Part shown: positions 57,764 through 64,000 of the stretch, piece by piece
Position numbering within the stretch: position 1 is the stretch's first letter
How the letters are laid out: each line of letters starts with the position of its first letter
Source of the DNA: a virus
Length of the DNA stretch: 64,000 nt
IMG/VR virus record: IMGVR_UViG_3300025437_000010
Span: 46,199 to 110,198 of that record
Strand: one strand, 5' to 3'
Program-made: the position numbers and the translations under genes
Notes under the pieces: generated by a model
Seen by the model: only the letters and a program-made list of their open reading frames with translations
Databases searched by the model: none
What the model was told of the DNA's origin: nothing

Positions 57764-59086
57764 ATGAGTGGAAATTTAACAGCAATTAAGATTACGCAAC
57801 TTAGCGATATAGGAGCAAATATTTCTGCTACATCGTTGATTCCTATTGTTGATACGAGCAACCTTAGCAATCCAATTACCGACAAGGCCAATTTACAAAT
57901 TGTGGGTAATTTAATTCTTAATGGTGCTGGCGGCACATATTTCCCGCCTGTTGCTCAAGCCTTTCTTGCCCAGACAGTAACCAATGCTGCACAACCGAAC
58001 ATTACAAGTGTCGGAGTTTTAAACAACCTTAGTGTCACCGATGTAAGTGTTTTGAATATTCCCGGTGGAAGCAATGGGTATTATTTACGTACCAACGGTA
58101 ATGGGAATGTTTCGTGGGCTGCTGCGGGAAGCGGCGGTAACACTTCTCCGGGAGGCTTAAATACACAAATTCAATATAATAATGCAGGGACTTTTGCGGG
58201 GTCGGCTGGACTCACATTTAATTCTACATCAAATACTCTTACTACCAGTAATATTTTTGCAAGTAACATTAGTGCCACAATATTAAGTGGAAACTTAACA
58301 TCAAATGCCCAACCAAACATCACTTCTCTTGGCACATTGACTTCTCTATCAGTAACGGGTAATATTCGCGGCGGAAATCTTATCGCATCTGGATCAGTAG
58401 TTTCCAACATAGTTACTGGAAACTATTTATATGGAGATGGTAGTAACATTTCAAATGTTAATAGCCATCTTACGGTAGCAGATTCTACTAATACTTATAC
58501 TAATATTAATTCTATTAAATTCAATGGTGCAACCGTTAACGTTACTGGCACGGGGAATGTTACAGTTACTATTACTAGTGATCGCGTTTTACTTCAAGAT
58601 GTAACTGTTTCATCGACGCAATCAGCCGTTCCGCTAACTGCATTTAATAACTCAATCTATCTAAATTACATTATTGTTATTACTGGTGGACTTTCCGATG
58701 CAGAATTTCAAATTCAAATGTCAACCAATGGTGGTGCTACATATGATACTGGTGGAAATTATGATTGGTCTGAAACCGTATTTGGTTCAGGTGGGTATAA
58801 TAATACCGTCCACGGCAATAACGCCGTATCTATTCAACTTCCAGCAGGTGGTTCCACATCACCAAGTGCATTTGGGGCTACAATTAATTTATATGATCCA
58901 AACAGTTCCATAAATTATAAACAAGTAGACTACACAGGATCATGTTCATCGGTAGATGGAAATAATTATGCTCAAGTGGGAGCAGGTCGCTATAGAAGCA
59001 CTACCCCATATAATGCCGTTCGTTTATTATCACGAACTGGAAACATCAATGGTGGAAGATTCCGATTATATGGAATTCCCATTTAA
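57764..59086 (+). CDS. Tail-fibre-like structural protein
   Basis: Late promoter; AAQPNITSVG repeats; PGGLNTQIQYNNAG; C-terminal GRFRLYGI. Confidence 0.7.
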   Translation: MSGNLTAIKITQLSDIGANISATSLIPIVDTSNLSNPITDKANLQIVGNLILNGAGGTYFPPVAQAFLAQTVTNAAQPNITSVGVLNNLSVTDVSVLNIPGGSNGYYLRTNGNGNVSWAAAGSGGNTSPGGLNTQIQYNNAGTFAGSAGLTFNSTSNTLTTSNIFASNISATILSGNLTSNAQPNITSLGTLTSLSVTGNIRGGNLIASGSVVSNIVTGNYLYGDGSNISNVNSHLTVADSTNTYTNINSIKFNGATVNVTGTGNVTVTITSDRVLLQDVTVSSTQSAVPLTAFNNSIYLNYIIVITGGLSDAEFQIQMSTNGGATYDTGGNYDWSETVFGSGGYNNTVHGNNAVSIQLPAGGSTSPSAFGATINLYDPNSSINYKQVDYTGSCSSVDGNNYAQVGAGRYRSTTPYNAVRLLSRTGNINGGRFRLYGIPI

Positions 59087-59112
59087 AATTTGAATGAAAG
59101 AAAGATTAAGAT

Positions 59113-59949
59113 ATGATGAAACAACCAATAGTTGACACCAGTCAAGACCCTGCATTCAATCCACCAAAAAGCATTACGAAAACAAACCTACCAAAGCCTC
59201 TACCGCGCTATCATTGGGTAGCAGACCCGTTTGATAATCGCGATTTCGTATATCAATTATCAAGCATTCCCAGTATGCCATCTAAAGTTGATTTGCGACC
59301 ATATGCAAGTCCTATTGATGATCAGGGTAACCTTGGGTCCTGTACAGGAAATGCCATTGCGGGAGCGATTGACTTAATAGACAAAAAGAACCAAAACAGA
59401 TCGTTGCGCGTAAGCCGTTTGTTTATCTATTATCAAGAACGGCTTCTTGAAGGGACTATATCACAAGACAGAGGTGCTTATATTCGAGATGGCATCAAAG
59501 CATGTTATACTGTTGGTGCGCCACTAGAAAGCACTTGGCCATATGACATAACTAAGTTCTCACGAACTCCAAGTTCAGTGGCGTATGCAGATGCTGCCAA
59601 ACGCAAAGTGGTAAGTTATGCAAAATGTGAAGACTTTAATGCTGTAAAGAATGCATTGGCGGCTGGAACACCAGTTGTAGTAGGATTCCAAGTTTACTCT
59701 AGTTTTGAGTCTGTAGCAGTAGCAAGAACTGGAATTATGCCATATCCAAATGTTGCTAAAGAACAGTTACTAGGTGGTCATGCTGTCTGTTTGGTTGGCT
59801 ATGATGACGCACACAACTGGTTTATCGCCAGAAATAGTTGGGGACCAAATTGGGGTGATCATGGATATTTTTATATGCCATATCAAGTAATTCGGGATAC
59901 TAACATGAGTAGTGATTTTTGGACTATCAACTTAGTTAGTAATCCTTAA
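59113..59949 (+). CDS. Papain-like cysteine protease (peptidase C1A)
   Basis: DQGNLGSCTGNA (Q,C), GGHAV (H), RNSWG (N), WGDHGYF. Confidence 0.93.
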   Translation: MMKQPIVDTSQDPAFNPPKSITKTNLPKPLPRYHWVADPFDNRDFVYQLSSIPSMPSKVDLRPYASPIDDQGNLGSCTGNAIAGAIDLIDKKNQNRSLRVSRLFIYYQERLLEGTISQDRGAYIRDGIKACYTVGAPLESTWPYDITKFSRTPSSVAYADAAKRKVVSYAKCEDFNAVKNALAAGTPVVVGFQVYSSFESVAVARTGIMPYPNVAKEQLLGGHAVCLVGYDDAHNWFIARNSWGPNWGDHGYFYMPYQVIRDTNMSSDFWTINLVSNP

Positions 59950-59955
59950 CCCAAT

Positions 59956-60162
59956 TTAATTGTCTCGTGGAAGTCCATCAATTTCATTAAGGACCGTGTA
60001 AACTTCGTCAAGTGATTTACACATCAACTTTACCGTCGCCCAATCATCATCGTGATTGCGTCCACCGATTTCAACCATGTATCCGTTGTCATAAAAGTAT
60101 ACTGATGCGTTTTCGCTTACTTTTTTGAGTTTATCAGAAATTTTTAAAATTTGCTTAGTCAT
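59956..60162 (-). CDS. Conserved small phage protein
   Basis: YDNGYMVEIGGR...DW. Confidence 0.7.
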   Translation of the reverse strand: MTKQILKISDKLKKVSENASVYFYDNGYMVEIGGRNHDDDWATVKLMCKSLDEVYTVLNEIDGLPRDN

Positions 60163-60490
60163 TAATAGCCTCCAAAATATCTTTGATTGTTGTAATGGGA
60201 CGAGGTTTTCGTCCCGGTCGTTTCCTTACTTTAATTTCATCATTTCGTGTTTCTCTACTCGCTAGTGCATCTTCAATGATTGCATGATCACTTTTAAATA
60301 GAGGGTGTGCAAGCATATATTTGAGCGCATCAACCTTTGTCATTGGTTGAGGAAGATCAATAAAGTCTAAACGGGTAGCACCATCTTTTGCATATCGCTT
60401 TAATCGTCTGCACATATTATTGGTGAATCTAACTTTATATCCATTTTTATAGTCAGTGATACCGATCACACTAAATGTTTGTGAAGTCAT
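60155..60490 (-). CDS. Conserved hypothetical phage protein
   Basis: KVRFTN...IDLPQPMTK. Confidence 0.7.
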   Translation of the reverse strand: MTSQTFSVIGITDYKNGYKVRFTNNMCRRLKRYAKDGATRLDFIDLPQPMTKVDALKYMLAHPLFKSDHAIIEDALASRETRNDEIKVRKRPGRKPRPITTIKDILEAIND

Positions 60491-60542
60491 TAATTATCCA
60501 TATTTATAAGTTGAAACTTGTGTAACACAACACCACTATAGC

Positions 60543-60571
60543 AAAAAAGGGCCTGAAGTCAAGCCCTTTTT
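60543..60571. terminator. Bidirectional terminator-like hairpin overlapping a minus-strand promoter
   Basis: AAAAAAGGGC-CTGAAGTCAA-GCCCTTTTT; minus strand reads TTGACT-N16-TATAGT. Confidence 0.65.
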
Positions 60572-60593
60572 CACCAATATCAGTTAAACATGT

Positions 60594-60740
60594 TTAACAA
60601 AGATTTGCGCTCTCAGAGAAGAGTGCAGGACCATACAAACGTTTAGCAATCTGATGGGCAGAATGCCCGTCATTTGCCTGCACCGTAACGCGAATCATTG
60701 CACCACCATCGTTACGAACCAAAAGCCACCAAGTACGCAT
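60594..60740 (-). CDS. 48-aa protein, tandem paralogue (absent from the ORF track)
   Basis: MRTWWLLVRNDGGAMIRVTVQANDGHSAHQIAKRLYGPALFSESANLC. Confidence 0.7.
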   Translation of the reverse strand: MRTWWLLVRNDGGAMIRVTVQANDGHSAHQIAKRLYGPALFSESANLC

Positions 60741-60779
60741 ATTATTTCTCATCAATTTTGAGGATAATTTCTCTTGGTA

Positions 60780-60932
60780 TTATGGCACTAATGCTCCGTA
60801 TTCTGAAATCATATTTTGGCTACCCCACATTGCACGAACCTGTTCAGTTGCGATGTACGGTGTTGGTGCCTCAACCACGATTTTAATCATGTATCCACGA
60901 GAATCACGAACGTGAAACCAATATTTATTCAT
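60780..60932 (-). CDS. 50-aa protein, tandem paralogue (absent from the ORF track)
   Basis: MNKYWFHVRDSRGYMIKIVVEAPTPYIATEQVRAMWGSQNMISEYGALVP. Confidence 0.7.
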   Translation of the reverse strand: MNKYWFHVRDSRGYMIKIVVEAPTPYIATEQVRAMWGSQNMISEYGALVP

Positions 60933-60955
60933 TGCATTTTTCTTTCCAGTTAAAG

Positions 60956-61342
60956 TTACACGCCAAATACATACGGCTTATTCCACTTGCCGATGTTCAC
61001 ATCAATGTAATGTGAACAGTGAAAATAATCCGATTGAGCGTCCGAATGATCAAAATATTTCGGACCCTTCATTGCAGCGATAATTTCGGTCAGAAACGAC
61101 TTTGCTTTACCGCTGAAATGTTCATGAAACCAGTAAGGGTTCACATCAATGCTATCCTTAGCAACATGAGTGCCCTGTGTTTCGTTATAGTTCTTGATGA
61201 AGTTAATCTGGCCCGACTTAATATTGAGAACCAGAGTGGAATGATTTTGAACTGCCAGCGATCCCTTAATGCCATACTTCTTCAGAATAGCCTTAATGTT
61301 GGGAGCGAGTTCTGCTTTCATAGTCTGCGATACGTAAGCCAT
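60956..61342 (-). CDS. Conserved early phage protein
   Basis: MAYVSQ..K...VNPYW...SDAQSDYF...IGKWNKPY; TTGACA promoter. Confidence 0.8.
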   Translation of the reverse strand: MAYVSQTMKAELAPNIKAILKKYGIKGSLAVQNHSTLVLNIKSGQINFIKNYNETQGTHVAKDSIDVNPYWFHEHFSGKAKSFLTEIIAAMKGPKYFDHSDAQSDYFHCSHYIDVNIGKWNKPYVFGV

Positions 61343-61422
61343 GATATAAATCCCTTCGTTTCCGTCTTGATGAACCTTATATAAGTCAGAAACGAAGGGA
61401 TGTCAACACTTAAATTTAAAAA

Positions 61423-62046
61423 TTATACATTTCTAACATAAAAAATATGCGCGCCTATTTGAGCAAGGCGGTGAACATTGTGCCAATGAGGATTCACATA
61501 ATTTGCATGATAATACAAGACATGCTCCATGCCTTTGATACGTGTGCCCCTTTCAAGAGTTGCTTGTGCGATTCTCACACATTCTTCCCATTGTTCTCCA
61601 GATGGACGTTTCCATCTTATATGGTGATTATTTGCCCATGAAAATTGTTTGTTTGCAAAAACAACATCGCATACGTGACCAGCAAATTTGGGGTCTTTGG
61701 TGCGATTAATGGTTACCTGTGCCACAGCAAGTTTACCTACAGCAGGTTGATTACCCGCTTCATGATATATATTTTTTGCAAGACAAAATAGGTCCATCTT
61801 ATCATGTGGGATTTTTTCATTAGTATTCACCACCGCCAAGAACTTTGCCTGCTGATATTCAGTATAAGTTTTTTGTTCTTTTGTTATAATCGGTTTAACC
61901 GTGGGTGGAGTTCCTGCTACCGACTGTGCCTTGACAGTCCCAATGAATGGTTGCAGGGATAGCGATTGCCAAATAAATATCATGGAAAATATGGCAACAA
62001 TTAATTTCCAATTTTTGTTCATCATTTTTGATGGTGAACTATACAT
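61423..62046 (-). CDS. SleB-like cell-wall hydrolase (Hydrolase_2)
   Basis: CLAKNIYHEA, AVAQVTINR, QFSW, YYHA.YV.P.W, IGAHIFY; N-terminal TM. Confidence 0.92.
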   Translation of the reverse strand: MYSSPSKMMNKNWKLIVAIFSMIFIWQSLSLQPFIGTVKAQSVAGTPPTVKPIITKEQKTYTEYQQAKFLAVVNTNEKIPHDKMDLFCLAKNIYHEAGNQPAVGKLAVAQVTINRTKDPKFAGHVCDVVFANKQFSWANNHHIRWKRPSGEQWEECVRIAQATLERGTRIKGMEHVLYYHANYVNPHWHNVHRLAQIGAHIFYVRNV

Positions 62047-62320
62047 CGTATTTCCTTATTAGGGCCGCTTTACGATTCTCCAAGAACACTCGGTCTTACT
62101 AAGTAAAACGCTTGGTAATCTGCCAAAAGTAGCACTTCCGCCGATAATCAGAAAAGAAAAGTTGTATATATTGCTATATACAACCCATAATATCAATTCT
62201 ATGCTATCGCTCAGCATTTATGAAAGCATATTATACTTTCATTATAGTCAGTCATGAAACTGACTATACTATTTAAAGCACATAATTCAGATTAAACTGC
62301 TTCTATATGAGTATTTCAAC

Positions 62321-62782
62321 TCAGTCTAACGTAAATGATACACTCTTCACCGAACTTACCGTAAAACTACGCCAGTCATGTGCTTCTAGATCATATACAG
62401 AAAGAATATTATCAGATTGTTTGCGCACTACTTTTGCTTCCTTTACTTCTTTTTTAGGAAGAAGACTTGACTTGAGGGTGCATTTCATTACGCGCTCTGT
62501 TCCATCTTTTTTGGTAAAGATAACAGTGATCACATTATTAATAAGAACATTATTTAACCAGTTCTTAAAACATTCGCGTTGAATATCCGACCAATCTTCT
62601 GATGGCATAGTAATATCCGTAGACGCCTTAGAAATATTGAATGACCCGTCCCCATTGTCAACGATGTTTACCGTATCATTTTCTTTGCAGTTCAGAACAG
62701 AAAGCATATCATTGGTCAATGGTAGAAAAATTTCACCACTGGCTGGGTCTTCCTCTAATACTACAGTATTCATAATATTCAT
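62321..62782 (-). CDS. AbrB-like domain fused to a WYL_2/SH3-like domain
   Basis: GEIFLPL...L..KEND; VIFTKKDGTERVMKCTL...VYDLEAHDWRSF. Confidence 0.75.
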   Translation of the reverse strand: MNIMNTVVLEEDPASGEIFLPLTNDMLSVLNCKENDTVNIVDNGDGSFNISKASTDITMPSEDWSDIQRECFKNWLNNVLINNVITVIFTKKDGTERVMKCTLKSSLLPKKEVKEAKVVRKQSDNILSVYDLEAHDWRSFTVSSVKSVSFTLD

Positions 62783-62791
62783 ATTAATTCC

Positions 62792-63028
62792 TTATCTTTT
62801 TAGTAAGTAAGCGGTTAACATAGGACCATCCAGTTTTACAACGTCATCTGGATATTTTTGTAAAACGTACTTTCCCTTGATCCGAATCATCTTAGGGTTG
62901 AGTTTTTCAATTACTCCAATCCTAAGATGATTCGCATCTGGATAGGCCACATAATCACCCACTGAAAGCAGGTCTCCGAGTATGTCACGGTGTTCCGGAA
63001 TCGCGTGTTCCTTCTTCACATTACTCAT
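62792..63028 (-). CDS. Hypothetical protein
   Basis: DILGD.LSVGDYVAY...PKMIRI. Confidence 0.65.
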   Translation of the reverse strand: MSNVKKEHAIPEHRDILGDLLSVGDYVAYPDANHLRIGVIEKLNPKMIRIKGKYVLQKYPDDVVKLDGPMLTAYLLKR

Positions 63029-63363
63029 GGCTTTGGTTTTGCCGGTTTACGAATACCAAGAGTTTTGCGTTCATCAATAGACAATCTATTCCAAACACGC
63101 ATTTTGATTTCATATTCTGCTATTTTCTGCTTGCGTTCTTCAACCTTGGTAGTGGCATCCTTTACCAATTTACTCCACCAGTCACGTGCTTCCTCGTCGC
63201 GGAGGAAGAAAAAGGATGCATAGCCAGATTTGACAAGTTCAACCATAGCCTTTTTGGCCATGTGTTCACTCTTGACATAATATGTTGCTTTTCTATCGGT
63301 GCCCTTCAGGATTTCATCATATACATCCTGTGAAATGAGGGTTTCGCCTTCTTCGTCACGCAT
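63025..63363 (-). CDS. Hypothetical protein
   Basis: WW...RLSIDERKTLGI. Confidence 0.65.
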   Translation of the reverse strand: MRDEEGETLISQDVYDEILKGTDRKATYYVKSEHMAKKAMVELVKSGYASFFFLRDEEARDWWSKLVKDATTKVEERKQKIAEYEIKMRVWNRLSIDERKTLGIRKPAKPKP

Positions 63364-63365
63364 TA

Positions 63366-63791
63366 TTATTTTCTTTTCCGAGTTGGTTTATTGAGTCCAA
63401 ATGCTTCCAATTCTTCCGGAGTCAGTCTGGACATGATTTCAGCCTTTGCTGCTTCTTTAGCAGCCTTCTGTTCCAGTGCTTTCTGTTTGCGTTCAGCCTC
63501 GCGCAGTGCTTCCTTTGCCGCATTTTCTCTGCGAACCTTCATATCGGCGTAGAATGCGCGAACCGCTGGGTTTCGCTTGAGAAGCTGCTCAGCAGTAATT
63601 CCTTTTTCGAGGGCATCCAAAGCTATTTCAGCAACTTTGTTTGCTCTGTCAAGTTCTTCTGGATTATGCCACCCATATGTCATCTTCTTGTCCTTCGCTT
63701 TTGTAATTTTAACTGCGTTTTTGATGTCTTTAAGAAAATCATTTTCCCAAATGAAGGAATCAATGCTTAACCAATCAATATCATCGTACAT
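63366..63791 (-). CDS. Hypothetical protein
   Basis: C-terminal RLTPEELEAFGL. Confidence 0.65.
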   Translation of the reverse strand: MYDDIDWLSIDSFIWENDFLKDIKNAVKITKAKDKKMTYGWHNPEELDRANKVAEIALDALEKGITAEQLLKRNPAVRAFYADMKVRRENAAKEALREAERKQKALEQKAAKEAAKAEIMSRLTPEELEAFGLNKPTRKRK

Positions 63792-64000
63792 TCATGCCTC
63801 CAACCGTTCTTTCAATTCAAGGTAAAACATCTGATACTTTGCCATACGAGTAAGGTCCTTTTCAGTGACTCCCTTAAGGCGGCGAATATCAGTATTGTGA
63901 CGAAGATCAGCCATCTTAACGATCATCGCATCGCGATTAGCGAACACCACCTGCTTGTATTCATCGTAGGTCTGACCCGGCATCTTAGTAAGCGCCCGGA
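63792..64000 (-). CDS. HD-domain (SpoT/Mesh1-like hydrolase) protein, 3' part
   Basis: ALTK...YDEY...VKMADLRHN.D..RL...KY; runs off the window edge. Confidence 0.75.
   Translation of the reverse strand, partial: RALTKMPGQTYDEYKQVVFANRDAMIVKMADLRHNTDIRRLKGVTEKDLTRMAKYQMFYLELKERLEA

Noticed and set aside
62047-62280. c-di-AMP (ydaO) riboswitch before the wall hydrolase
   Set aside because: I could not match the ydaO consensus; kept only as an unassigned structured leader.
1-64000. Genome-wide TAG reassignment as the explanation for the TAG at 42634
   Set aside because: Long genes are intact under the standard code, TAG ends normal genes (6011-6013, 34474-34476, 41792 minus), and readthrough would not restore the D-x-H motif.
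1-64000. tRNA or rRNA genes
   Set aside because: No cloverleaf with a T-loop consensus was seen in the intergenic gaps by eye; a tRNA scan was not run.

Overview
64 kb from a large, AT-rich, T4-like (jumbo-type) myovirus genome. The host is probably an Alphaproteobacterium, inferred from promoter -10 variants and leaderless starts. Contents from left to right: a family B DNA polymerase split by a free-standing HNH endonuclease and also interrupted by an ORF-less group I intron in motif B; a clamp-like protein, GuaC, a DenV-like glycosylase, a putative type II R-M pair, RNase H and ligase; a proteostasis cluster (ClpX, Hsp20 with a ROSE-like thermometer, ClpS, ClpP); long arrays of small early genes in several paralogous families; nucleotide enzymes, IF-1 and SOD; probable head-packaged polyproteins, tail-fibre-like genes, a papain-like protease and a SleB hydrolase. 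The most striking observation is at 41779-43458. A GIY-YIG endonuclease cassette has inserted into the first catalytic motif (SD|LH) of a metallophosphoesterase and supplies a new promoter and N-terminus ending in CUU-UAG-CUC. A 6-nt ribosomal stop-hop (Leu to Leu), next to a hairpin made by the new N-terminal coding sequence, would restore SDLHLEF. This would be a minimal analogue of the T4 MobA/gene 60 bypass cassette. All product calls come from motif recognition by eye; no database searches were run.
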